Source: Camelus dromedarius (Eukaryota). From it: a stretch of DNA of 64,000 bases. Below are positions 48,900 through 61,232 of the stretch, piece by piece; positions within the stretch are counted from its first letter, which is position 1, and the number at the start of each line of letters is the position of its first letter. A program made the position numbers and the translations under genes. A model generated the notes under the pieces. That model was not told the DNA's origin and searched no databases. It saw only the letters and a program-made list of their open reading frames with translations. The DNA lies in assembly GCF_036321535.1 (NCBI RefSeq), contig NC_087436.1:77750001-77814000 (forward strand). The letters are read 5' to 3'.

Positions 48900-49490
48900 T
48901 GTTCACTATTCATCGTACCTTATTCCAGGATCCCTTCACTCACTGTAAAAGCTAGAAAGCCAAAAACTGCATTTCCCAGTCTCCCTCGCAGCCCATGTTT
49001 CAGAAGAGATTTATTATTCAGCTAGTCACATGCACTTGTGTGAGACTGGAAAGGCAAAAGCGAGGTAAAGACCACACTTGTGCCGCTTCTGCAATTTCTA
49101 CTCCAGAGTACAGATATCAAGGTGTTTGGGTTTTCTGCAATAGGTCTAGCCAAGGTCCCAAGATCCAGCCACTAGCTTAATAAGTATTGAGAGGCACGGC
49201 ATGGCCCATCTGTATTGTTGGTACGGTCCCAGTGGATGCCATGGCTCTGCAACCAACAATTCTGGCAGTGGCTTCTAATCCCCAGGTCACAGCTGAGGTG
49301 GCATATTCCTGGAGCCAACAGTTGCAGGGGGCACCAGAAGTTGGCAAAGCGGCTTCCTAATTCTGCAGCTTCCTGATGTTAGTCATTCTCTTTGTACACC
49401 AGTCTTGTACTGCCAGTAATTCCTGGAAGCCCAGTTCTCTGTAATGAATCCTCTTCTGCTTAAATAGCTGGAGAGAGTTCCATTAGAGTC
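48900..49490 (+). mobile_element. ERVL-type LTR (LTR33-like)
   Basis: 'aaactgcatttcccagtctccctcgcagc' ... 'aatgaatcctcttctgcttaaatagctggagagagttc'. Confidence 0.55.
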
Positions 49491-49907
49491 TACTTGGCCA
49501 TTGTGGTTCATACACCCACTTGGAACTAGAAGAAGGCAGGCCATGTTGATCGGCTTCCCCAAGAGATTACATACACAGTGGAAAAGAGACAATTCTCCCC
49601 AAAGTAAATAAGGCACCCTTATCAAAGGGAAAAAAAAGAGGAGGTGATGTATTATGAGTTGCAGAAAACAACAATCATTCTGCAAATGAATACAGAGATA
49701 ATTAAATCAATGCTATTTCAAATGTGTGCTGCAGGCACAATACACAAATCAAAGTTTTCTGATGTCTTAAAATGTTACGGTGCATTACGAAAGCTTCCCA
49801 GGGGAAGAAGTCAGAGAAGGCTTCAAAAAGTGACATATGATCTGGTTCTTAAGGCTCAAGTAGCTATGAAGGGCTTTCGAGGTGGAGGGGAGTTAATAAC
49901 TTAATTT

Positions 49908-49909
<2 letters not shown>

Positions 49910-49938
<29 letters not shown>
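49910..49938 (+). repeat. (TG)n microsatellite
   Basis: Read directly. Confidence 0.95.
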
Positions 49939-49941
<3 letters not shown>

Positions 49942-52900
49942 GTATCTAAATATAGGTTAAGGGACTGAGTAAATAGTAAAGAAGAAGGTTTCATTTTGAG
50001 CTTTTTCTCAAGTAGGTATAAATTTCATCATTGGAAGGAAACTCTAAAAAGGCAATGTAAACAACTGAGACACTATAAACCCCTACTGGGTAACAGAAAA
50101 TTCCAAGAACCTAACCTCAGCACTTCCAAGCCCTACCCAGAGGACACAGGGAAGCAGGCAGTTGCCCATCTCTGCCCCTTTAACTGTCCTAAGCATCCTC
50201 ACTTCCTTAGATAGAAACTGGATTTAATTCCTGAGTGGGTTCCAAATGCTAGGGTTTGTCATCCATGGACTCCTGCATCACCTGATCTTTTTATGACTTC
50301 CCAACATTCTTCCCGAGGCTTAGTTTGCTTCTCAGAGTCATGGTCATTAGCTCATGGGCTGGCCCCTAGGGATATTAGATAGTCCCTCTTTCCCCAAGGG
50401 AAGCTAGACCCCTATTATTTCTTTCTTAACTCCAGCTAAGGCTGCAATTTTATTTCTCTCTTGATCTGTAACAGCTATTTTTCTCACTCAGCCATTTCAC
50501 ACATTGAGTTCAACTTTTACCTGCATTGGAAATGCTGCTGGGACAATACTGTCACAATGATGCTTTGACCCAAACTCACACAATGGGCTTTATGTGCCAC
50601 CTGGTAGCATCATCAAGCACAGGAAGGGAAGGAAAACTAATACGAGTTTCCTTTATGAATTTCCATTATGCGTCAGGTATGCGTCTAAGACCTTTCCCAT
50701 ATGTTATTCATTTAATTTAATTTATACAGTGGTTTGCGTCCCCAAGCCAGTCATCCTTCAGTCTGTGTCAGCACTTCCCAGGGGCTGGCCCTGGCAGAAT
50801 TCAGTTTAATTAAATATCTTCCTCCCAGCAATGCCCTTTCTGCCACTTATCCTGCCTTTTAATCCAGGTGATGTTCAAGTCCATCTCGCCTGCCCTTGCT
50901 TTCACTACTGCCATCCTCCGGAGGTCCTCCCTTTCCTGACTCCAGTCTTTCTACATGGAGCTCTGAGCTCATCGTCAAATTCAAGCCAGTTCTAAGTGAA
51001 ATGCATTTATCTATTGCCTCAGATGTTGATAATGACCTCACAGAGAGGGAGACATTGTGGTAAGGACCAAATTTCTGACATTCCTACCATTTTTCTAAAA
51101 CCACATCCACCTATTTCGAATCAGGGCACACATTAAGTGAATGGGATTCTCATAGCAGGATAAAAATGAGTAGATGTTACTTATCACACAATTTCCAAAA
51201 TTTTTCTTCTCTTCTTGACCTTCCACATTTTCTTTCCAAGTGGCAAGCGGACTACTAAAAGAGAAGCTTCTAAAATATGATAGTGCTCCTCAAGCTTTAG
51301 GGATTAGGGAGGAAAGATAAAAATCATAGATTAAAAAATTAACAGTAATAATAAGCAGCCCTGAGGAGCCCTCTGTGAGCTGATAAAAAGAGGAAAGTCC
51401 TGATTCCTCTGTGTACAAGGTTACACACACACACACACCCCTCACCATTTACTCTTCTATCATAGCATTTAAAAATCTAGTGTGTTGCATCTCCATTTTT
51501 TTCACACATTGAATTTCCAAGTGTAAAAGCTGTTAAAAAAAAATGACACAAAAACTATTTTTTGCAACAGGATTCCTGATATTAGGTGCTGGATGAGATT
51601 CTGTTTTTTTAAAACAATTTTGGCCCTGGCTGAGAAAAAATGTGCTAAGTTCCTAAGAGAACTGTGAGCAGCCAGATCCAGTCACCTCTCCAAGGCTTGA
51701 GGTGTCAGGACAAGGCATTTCTACTTCCCTTTCTCTCACCCCTCAACAACGTAAGAGGAGAAATGGGAACCAAAAAAGACTTCATCTTTCAGGGGAGCAC
51801 AGCGTGTTAGGAAAAAACTATTTCCTCCCTTCAGCTCCCCCTACTGGGCAGAGAGGACTTTTCCTCCCTGATTCCAAGGGAGGGCAAACCCCGCAAGAAT
51901 CCTGATGAGGTTTGGGGTGACTTCCGGCAATGGTGACTGAGGATTCACTTTTTGGTTGCATATCTGATTAGGAACTGAGCTGGCTCATCTTGGCAGTGCC
52001 ACTGAAGCAAGGAATATGGAACTTTGGAAGTCTTGCTGAGAACCCATAGGGCTTAAGGGCAAAGAGAACTGAGTGGAGGAATGGCAGCTGATGCCAGCAG
52101 CCGCAGGTCAGAGTGGGGTAAGGATTGAGATAGTTTAGCATTTTTGTGTCTTATGTATCAAACTATGAAGTAATGCATGGTGTGCATGCTTCATAAACGT
52201 TTCTGTGGAACTGGTTTCAAGAAGAGACTTCAAGATTAATTCAAGCAGTGACAACTAAGTAGGACAAATGTATCGTTTTTCAAGGTAGTAATTTTGAAAG
52301 GGAACACATTTAGATCTACCTGTTTTGTTGTGCTTGTTCAAAAGAGCTGCTCTCAGCCCCATGGTCTCAGTTTACATGGGTCGCTGCATAACTGAATCAG
52401 CTGTAATATTCCCCCAGCATGAAGACTTCCAAGTGGAGTTTCATGATGCATTTCTGCCCTTCTGCTTTCATTTGTCGATCGCAGGCCATGATGGGTTGAG
52501 AAATGTTTAACAATTGGACAATTGGGTCTCCTGTGGTGGGGGAAGGGTGAAGATACAACTGGTCTGTAAAGGTCAAATCACACCTGATTAGCCACCGTGG
52601 CTAATTTCAGGCGACCAGTGTGACACCACTAAATGTGGGACTGGGAAGAGGGGGGAGCAAAACAGCTCTCAGAAGTCAGTCTAAGCCCCTCCAGCACCCC
52701 ACTGAGGTGTGCAGTGGGAAGAACCACACAATCTGCACCACTGGTCCAACTAAAATGCCATTGTATTGTTACTTTTTATTTTATATCAAATGTCCTTCCT
52801 CAAACAATTCCAAATAGCATAGAATGAATACATAGAGTACTCAAGTACAAGCAAGAATGGAAATGGAAAGGGAATATAGAAAACAAAAAATATCGGGTTT

Positions 52901-52959
52901 TCAGGGAAGTCTTCCTCAATGAAGGAGCTAATTGTAGCATGCTGGATAACAATCCCATT

Positions 52960-53115
52960 TCTTTTTAATCCTTTTTGTTTGTTTGTTTTGGGAGGAGGTA
53001 ATTAGATTTTTATTTATGTGTGTGTGTGTGTATTTTTTTTTTAATAGAGGTCCTGGGAATTGAATCCAAGACCTCATGCATGCTAAGCATGCACTAAGCT
53101 ATACTCATCCCCTTC
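52960..53115 (-). mobile_element. tRNA-derived SINE, Vic-1-like (camelid)
   Basis: Minus strand GGGGATGAGTATAGCTTAGTGCATGCTTAGCATGCATGAGGTCTTGGATTCAATTCCCAGGACCTC...CTAATTACCTCC: tRNA-Ala-like head with B box. Perfect TSD aacaatcccatt at 52948-52959 and 53116-53127. Confidence 0.85.
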
Positions 53116-55024
53116 AACAATCCCATTGTTAAGAAGACAAAACTAAAGTCCCAGTGGTTTTAGATTCTTGCCATAATGACTGCAGCACATCCCTTTGGGT
53201 TGATTTGCTACTGTAGCATATAAAGCACCTCGACACTCGGGGGTCCTAGTTCATCAGCCACACTTGGAGGCAAGGCTCTTTACCCTCTGCAAAGGAGAAA
53301 AGATCAGAGTCGAAAACTTAATAGAGCTCATTTTCTATAAAAGGAGTTGTGTCCCCCAAGCTGGTGGGAGGGGGTACTGGCAGAGAGCCACAGAAGCCCA
53401 GGGATCCTTTATAGCCAGTACTTGCCCAAACAAGATTTCTTCCAGGACCTCTGAAGTTATACTCTGCACCCATTTAGCTGTAGCCCAAGTGGGGCTGAAA
53501 ATGACCATGGTCCAATTAAGGTGCTCTCTCAGAAAAAGAAATTTTTAAAAACAGAAAATGAAATAAGAAGATTATGACGAGCACTGCACTTTCCTAGAGG
53601 AAAACACCAAAAAGTCATTCTGTTTTCTATCAAAAAGAAAAACAAAAAAAGAATTAACAGTATGACCTCAATTTCACATCTGCATTAACAATTCAAGAAG
53701 AACAATTCTGCAGTTATCCAGGAGTAGCAGATTCTATCACTGGCCTGATTCAATTACATATTGAACTGAGGCCAAGTCAATAAAAAAAAAAAAACCATAG
53801 CCAAGAGTTTCTGAATTTTCACACAAAACTTTTGTGGAAGACTCACTTTGATTTTGATGTGCTACGTTTACCCATTCCAATTACGCCCTCGTAAAGTTCA
53901 GTGAGCAGCGTGAGGTCAACCCAATTAAATGGCAACACGAAGACCTTCTTTTACTCCCTGGTCCATCCCTGCCCAACTCCAATCGCCCCATTTTATGATA
54001 ACTGGAAGCTTAGCATGGACTGAAGTTTAAAGTCTCACTATTTCCCTGCTACATTAAATAAAAGAAGAGGCTGTTACAATGGTTTCATTTAAGACCCATT
54101 CTAAGCATATATAATATAATTGAATCCCTCATCACCAAAGAGATAGGTCAGAGTTACAGGGCCATATTTACTCATATTTTATCACTTGTCCTAATCCATT
54201 CTCCTCTTCGTAGAAAGATAGGGAGAGGGAGAAAAAGAGAGAGGGGGGTGAGAGAGAAAAACAGACAGAAAGTGATAGAGAGGATCAAGATAGGCTAAAC
54301 TGCCTCAGAGGATATAGTCATATTTTGAAGAGTTTCTTCAGTTATGCAGAGGTGGAAACAATCCCCCACATGTGTCAGCAAGTGGTCAATCCAATATTGC
54401 ACAGACTGACGAAGAAGAAACCTGAACAAAGAAGGCTAACCCCTTTGAGAGGCTGGCAGGCAAAATGTGACTCCAAAGCTTAAAGCCCAACTCTGAACAT
54501 GTTGAGAGTTGTACCTACCCTGGAAGTCACTCCTTGCTTGAGCACTTCCAGTGGAATTCCCCATGAACCTATTGAGCAGGAAGTGGCCTGCCAGGGACCC
54601 CAACAGTAGAGTGACATTCGTCTCGGCATAGCTTTGTGGAACCGACCCCATCTGGGAGACAGATGACCACCAGACACTCAAGGAACTTTCATAGTTGTGA
54701 GCTAAAGTAGAGCAGCCATGAGCAGGATGGGGCAGGAGGACTATTTTAAGGATTCCCTGAAGCACAGCTCCAAAAGATGAGGCCCAGCTTTGTCACATTG
54801 GCCTGATGGGAAAGTAATTTTAAAGACCTTGGGCTAACTCATGAAACTCAGAGCAAGCAAAAGGCTTAAATTCTGCAAATAGCAGCTGCAACCACACTTC
54901 TAAGAACAGAATGAGTCCTTTTAGCCGTTCTTATTCAAACTATCAGTCTCTGCCACTGTCATCTTGGAACTGAAAAGTCAATGCCTGCAAGAGATCTGGC
55001 CTGCACAGAGAAATTAACTTGGGA

Positions 55025-55262
55025 CAATTTGCCCCAGCAACAAAGATGGCAGACAAAGAGTCAGAATATAAAGAACTGTTACAGATCAACAGGAAAAGAA
55101 ACAATGCCCCAGTGTTCTGAACTGGGAAAAAAACTTGAAAGAACAATTTTTAAAAGTGGAACTACAGTCATCAATAAACATGTAAAAAAGAAAAGCAACC
55201 TAAATAGTGATCAAAGACATAAAAGATACCATTAACAAAATATCAATTTTCACCTATTTGAA
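55025..55262 (+). mobile_element. Ancient L1 (L1ME-like) ORF2 3' fragment; continues at ~55870-55992
   Basis: 'cagaatataaagaactgttacagatcaacaggaaaag...tgaaagaacaattt...aataaacatgtaaaaa...aagatacca'. Confidence 0.6.
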
Positions 55263-55348
55263 GTTTTTTTTGTTAATGATAGTGATAGGCAGATGACAGG
55301 AAAACAGATTCATATGCATTAATTTATGCATTAAAAACTCACTGAACA

Positions 55349-55603
55349 AAATGGACATTCGGGATTTTCAGATACTAACTACTATATATAAAATAGATAA
55401 GCAACAAGGTCCTACTGTATAGCACAGGGGTATTCAATATCTTGTAAGAGCCTATAATGGAAAAATAAAGGAAAAGGAATATGTATGTATAACTGAATAA
55501 CTATGCTATGCACTGGAAACTAACACAGCATTATAAATCAACTACACTTAATATAAAAGAAAAAGATACAATAGAGAATAAAAACTGGGGGTCTCAAAAA
55601 AAA
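55349..55603 (+). mobile_element. Short L1 3' tail with extra 3' sequence, inserted in an antisense L2 end (~55305-55860)
   Basis: 'aaaatagataagcaacaaggtcctactgtatagcacagg...aactaacacagcattataaatcaactacactt'. Confidence 0.82.
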
Positions 55604-55989
55604 TAACTTTATTGAACACATAACACATGCCAAGCACTATTTCAGATGCCAGAAATATAGTAATGATCAAATCAAGCAAAATCTTTGTCCTCATGAAGCT
55701 TACATTCTATAAGACGAGGGGAATTCATAAATTACTAAAATAATTTCAGACAGTGATAATCCTGTAGAAAGTATCACAGAATGATTAGCTAACAGTGCTA
55801 GGAGAGAGAGCTATTTTAGACTGGCTGGGGAAGGCTTCTTAGAGATGACATTTGAGTCATGATGGCAGTGTGAGCACAATTCTACCTCTAAAAATATGTT
55901 AAGGAAACAACGTGAATGCCTAAAATACTTAATTGTAAAGATGTTCATCCCAGTCTATTTTATAATTGCAGAAAATTGGAGACAACATA

Positions 55990-56339
55990 AAAGGCACTGC
56001 AGCTTTCTGCTTTTTCTTTGTCTCTCCTGGGTCACTGTTTACGGAGGAAGCCAGATGCCATGTTGTGAGCCATCCTTTGAAAAGGCCCTTGTGGCAAGGA
56101 AGTGAGGCCTCCAGCCAACAGCCAGATGAATAGGCTTGGAAGGGATCCTGGAGCCCCAGTCAAGCCTTCAAATGACAACAGCCTTGAGACTGCAGTTTTA
56201 TGGAAGACCCTGAGCCAGAACCACCCTGCTAAGCCATTCCCAGTTCCTGACCTATAGAAACTATGAACTAATATGTGTTGTTTTTAAGATGCTCATTCTC
56301 TTTAGACAATTTGTTACATAGAAACAGCCAACTAATACA
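55990..56339 (+). mobile_element. MaLR LTR (MLT1E/F-like) 3' part
   Basis: 'gtggcaaggaagtgaggcctccagccaacagcca...cctgagccagaaccaccctgctaagcc...ttgttacatag...aactaataca'. Confidence 0.8.
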
Positions 56340-57857
56340 CTTGGCCAGAAGAACGCTTTTAGCAATTTGAATTTAAATGCTTTTGGGTTAGGAAAATACC
56401 CCCAATTTGTCACAGACTTCACCATCGCCCATCTCAGAATTTCCTCCAGTTCATAGACATCTGAGCTGAAAACACCTGTAAGACTTTCACCAGCTAGTCA
56501 ATGGAAGTTGTGTATCTTGAAGAACTGACCCAAACCGTATGTTTTTCCAACTTAAGCCAGAAAAAAAGGAGGTTTTGCTATTTTTAAATGGTTGGGAAAA
56601 GCAGACATTAGCTAACTCCCACTCCTATTGTACCCTGATGTCTTAAAGGCTACAGGACATGCTTCAGGAAAGAACTCTGCTTAACTTTCTTAAGTCTAAT
56701 TTTAGTCTGATTTTTCCCAAATTTAGTTAGTTACCTTTCTTTCCTGTTTCTTTCGCCCTTTATTGTATAACAGCTCTCATCATACCATAGAACACTTGGA
56801 GAAATGTTGTGCCCCTTGCACATCAGAGCTCTTAAAATTGTGAGGTTTGCAACGTCACCCTTGGTGGACTAACAGAGACATGAATGACAATCATGGCTTT
56901 TTTGTGCATTTGAGTGAATGGGTAGAGTTCTGCCTGGCCTGGTGTCCTAGGAATTTGCCTGGCCTGTTTTTTTTATTATTTTTTTCCATATTATAATCCA
57001 TTGCCAAATACAGTCACATAGCAGAGTCATTCTTTAAGCCTTAAATTGCTACTATATTTTAAAATCCTGCCTAACTTCCCTCCACTATCTAGCTGACACC
57101 TAAAATAGGAAGGCACCGTTATTTAGATGTTAGCTTTAAGAAAACAAAAAAACAAAAATTTCAATCAAAACAAGAAAAAAAAGAAAGGATATAAACCTAA
57201 TGTTGTGGTTACTGACTACTTGGATGTGGGTAACACAGTTCTTCTCCCCATTAATAAGGATTATTGCAAAGATAATTACACTTTCGCAAAAGCTTTTATC
57301 TGATGGAGATTTCTGAGAATTACCAGAAGGCCTAAAATCTCTAATAAACATGAATTCTTCTATTTATTTTAAATATATTTCACCTAAGAGGACAAGAGAA
57401 CATCTTGGCTGCAATGCCGAGCCATGTCACATTGGAAAGTCATTCTTTATAGCTTGGCCTGGCATAAAGATTGACAGCAACAGAACGGGTAGACCTGGAG
57501 GGAGCAAGGCCTGAAAAGCCCCCTGGTGCAGCATCAGCACTTGGTTACTGGGAGGTTCTGATCCAATTCTAATTCCTATAGCACAGTCCGATGAGGCGGC
57601 AAGAATTCACTATCCCAAGAGTACTATGACTACAACCTACCGGTGGAAACTAGGCCAGCAGCAAGTGTGAGAAACAACATAGTTTAATGCCTTGCTATTC
57701 AAAGTGTGGTACACCTGGTCTACCAGCATCAGCACCCCCTGAGAGCTTGAGAGAAATCAGAATGTGAGGCCCTTTGTGAGTGCTGCTTGTTAGCTGGCTT
57801 ACACAACACACAGTAGTGGTAACTGACAGAGATGCACTAAACCCGGGAATATCTAAA

Positions 57858-57881
57858 CACACACACACACACACACACACA
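57858..57881 (+). repeat. (CA)n microsatellite
   Basis: Read directly. Confidence 0.95.
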
Positions 57882-57969
57882 GCTTGCAACTGCTAGTTGA
57901 AATGGGTGTTAGCGCATTAATGACGTTAACATTGTTTTTCAAAATGAGAAAGTAGGATTCCACTTATCC

Positions 57970-58215
57970 AATCTGTGTAACAAAAAACTTGCACAGCTTG
58001 GTGGGTTAAAATGACAACACTCATTTAACATCAGTCAAGGTTTCTGTGGGTCAGGAATGTGGAAAGGGCTTGGCTGGGTAGCTCTGTCTCAGGGACTCTC
58101 ACGCAGCTGCAGTCAGATACTATCTGAGGCTGGAATAAGTCTCCCTCACGTACCTAGAGCCACGCACCGCCAGCCTCTCTTTCCATCTCTATGTGGTCTC
58201 TCCGTATGGACTCCC
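57970..58215 (-). mobile_element. MaLR LTR fragment (MLT1H-like)
   Basis: 'gtttctgtgggtcaggaatgtggaaagggcttggctgggtagctctgtctcagg'. Confidence 0.65.
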
Positions 58216-58525
58216 CAGTGAGAAGAGTGGTCATCTAATTCTGTGAGAGATAAAGGTGTCGTTTTGGTCTCTCTCCGTTCACTTTTATTTCTGAACTTGT
58301 ATAGAGCCAGGCAGGAAACAGGTGCTATTACTGGGGCCCATGAAAGACTTACCACTTTGGCATGACTCTCCCCTCACTCCTGGCGGGGGTCCTGCTGCGT
58401 TCACACCCTTATCTCCCCAGCTCCTAAGGCCTTTGTGGAAAGAAAGGAGATGTGTGCACATTGTCATTTTCTAACTTCTGACCAAAAGTGTCCTCCTCTG
58501 CCCCTAGTACTTTGCTGAGTTGAGC

Positions 58526-58935
58526 TGTCTTAGTTTGGGTTCCTCTCATGCTGATCTGAGGCAAGATTCCTGTGTGAATATTTCAGTGAGGAGATAGTGC
58601 AGGAAACCCTGCAGTGTGCAGAGAAGAGAAGGAAGTCAGAGACGAGGAAGAATCGCGGCAGTTACCACCTCGCCAGCAAGTGGTACTTATCCCTGCTGGG
58701 AACTCCAGGAGCCAGTGCAGGACCCCCCTCCGAGTTACCCCTACAGGGAGCTGGGCATTTTGTCTACCAACTCCCATCAGTGACAGGTTGAGGGAAATAA
58801 TTCCCCTTTCCTAGCAAATAATAATAATAGGGCAATAATTCTCCTTTACTTCCAGCCTTCCCTGGCCGGCAGCGAGCCTACAGGGAAACAATCAACAGTG
58901 CCAACAGTTAGAAGTCAGGACTGGGTATGTGGAAA
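58526..58935 (-). mobile_element. ERVL-type LTR (LTR16/33-like)
   Basis: Begins 'tgtcttagtttgggttcctc...ctgaggcaagattc', the reverse of the family 3' end. Confidence 0.6.
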
Positions 58936-59518
58936 TGGTGCCTTATCGACTACAGAAGTCAATTTCTGTCTTCCCTGATGGCTCCCTCTTTCACCTTCAT
59001 TTATGCGTGGGCTTATCCCTCTAGTCCTTCTAAATCACGGATGCCTCTTTCTAGAAGGGTGGAGGCTCGCTTTTCTGCCTGATCTTTACGGCAAACTTAC
59101 CTGCGTAGTCCTGGTCAGCCCCCTCCGAGTCCTTTCCTACCCCAGTGGACTCTGTTAGGAGTCTGAGGTGCAATTGGGTGTCACACAGGAGCTTGCGAGG
59201 TGACATCTGGTTTCTTCCTAGCATTCATATTTTGATAACCTTTGGTAGCAACCAGATGATCACTTTGAAAACTTGACCATTGCTAACTGTTTCCCCGATA
59301 AGCTGTTCAATTTAATTCACTTTGCTCCACTAAGCATTTGATAATTAATCAGAGGGAAAGTATTTGAACCACTTAAGTCTGTACAAACATTTTCTCTTCA
59401 TATTAACTTCAATCGTAAATCACTCTCTTGCTATTAAAGATCAGATAATCAGAATTTTCTAAGTCTGATATGTAAAATCTCTGACTTCCCATTTTCTGAT
59501 TGCCTCCCTCCAAGACCT

Positions 59519-60056
59519 TTTTGGGGCTCAGAGTAGGCCACCCCAAAATGTGCTTCAGTGGCATATTGATTATTTTGAATTAAAGTGTCTTAAGAAACAG
59601 CCAGCTCAAGAGGGAAACTTTGACCTTCCTTTCTGTCTTCCTGAAACAGGAAATGCATCTCTCACGTGAAAGGTGTGCTCCCTGCGTGTGGGGGTAGACG
59701 CCCTTTACAGGCAGAGACAGGGAATGAGGGCCAAGAAACTGATAGAAACAAGCACGGTTACTTCTTCAATTTACTACCCCAAGCCTAAACTCTCTTTAGA
59801 TTCTTCAGTATCTTGAGCACCCAAAAGTCTAAGTTTCTTTGTCCTGTCAATTCCTTACAAATTTATTGTTTTGTCTGAAAAGTATAAAATCTGCCTACTT
59901 TGGCCACTTCTTAGGTCCCGTTTCTGTGACACCTCCATGCACATGAATTAAAATTTGTTTCTTTTCCCTTGTTCATCTGTCTTGTGTTAATTTTATTATC
60001 AGTCCAGCCACAAGAACTCAGGAGAGGTAGAGAGGGAAATTTTCCCCTTCCCAACA
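59519..60056 (+). mobile_element. Solo ERV1 LTR (MER34-like)
   Basis: 'gccaccccaaaatgtgcttcagtggcatattgattattttgaatt', TATAAA ~59884, ATTAAA ~59947, ends 'tttccccttcccaaca'; 4-bp flanks acct / actt. Confidence 0.75.
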
Positions 60057-61044
60057 ACTTCTTCCAGGGAAATGTTAATCAATGAAAACAAAATGTTTCT
60101 TCCTAAGGGAAGAAACAATGGATGCCTTTTGAATACCTGAAGGGCATAAAGGTATCTATTGTTTCACTCTGGAATGCTAAGCGAGCAGGGGCAGGGAGAG
60201 AGAGAAAGAGAGAGACACAGAGACAGAAAAATAAAACTCCAGCATCTTCGAAGGAGAAAAGTTTCTAGTTTAATGACATAGCCTCAAAGGCCTAAACGCA
60301 AACATTACTGGAGGCATTTATCTGTAAATTACTGACAGGGTTTTGTGGGGGTTTTTTTTGCTGTTGTTGTATCTTTCAAAGTACTCTACAGAAAAATCTT
60401 GAAAGGAAAACAGTCCGGGGTGTCTAATTTACATCTTAAAAAAGAAAGTATTTTTAATACAATTTTTTGACAGTTACTTACAGAGCACATCAGTTTAAAA
60501 AAAAAAATCTCATTATGTTTTGCTACAATAACTTAAATGCTGCTTCTGAAAGTATCCAATAGCCCCGGGAGTAGTTTGCACACTCTGAGATCTTTACTGA
60601 CTCGAGAAGGAATATTGTAGTTCTCAGATAAAGAGGAGAAAATAGCATATAAAGCAAAGGCTGAGTGTTTTCTCCTCTCTGACCCAAATGTCAGGAAGTG
60701 AAAAGTCCACAAAACAATATTAACTCATCTGTTCCTCTGCAATTTGATTTGGAAAATTATTGAATTTTCATCTTCAATAAAGCAAACTTGGAGCCTCTGT
60801 AAAATGACTATGACAATACTCACTGCGCTCATGTTTCTTAGGACCTTTTAGTTTCAAAGTTGCAAGCTTGATGTTTTACCAGTAAAGTATCTCTCACTCT
60901 ATTCTTTTACTGACTTTAAAGCTGGAATATATACTGTCGTTGGGAAGAGTGAAAGAAAGTACGGTCTTTTCCCCTCCTCACCCCAAATTCTCCCAGCACC
61001 TGTGTTTAGGCTGAGGCCCGCCCTCTAAGTTCTATAACTTAAAC

Positions 61045-61232
61045 ATGTTTCTGGTTATTTCACATATATTTGCTCACTTAAGTCTGATGACAATTCACAA
61101 GGTTTGCACTAGCATCCTCTTCAATTTATAGATGAAGAAACAAAGGCACAGAGAAGCTAAGTAATTTTTCCAGAGAGCACAGCTAGTAAGAGATGGAGCA
61201 GGGATTTGAATGGTTCTGGAATTCAAGACTCC
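61045..61232 (-). mobile_element. MIR SINE
   Basis: 'tttatagatgaagaaacaaaggcacagagaagctaagtaattttt...acagctagtaagagatggagcagggatttgaa'. Confidence 0.8.

Noticed and set aside
53040..53112. tRNA-Ala-like sequence as a tRNA gene
   Set aside because: Damaged D-arm/A box, SINE tail and TSD indicate a retroposed SINE.
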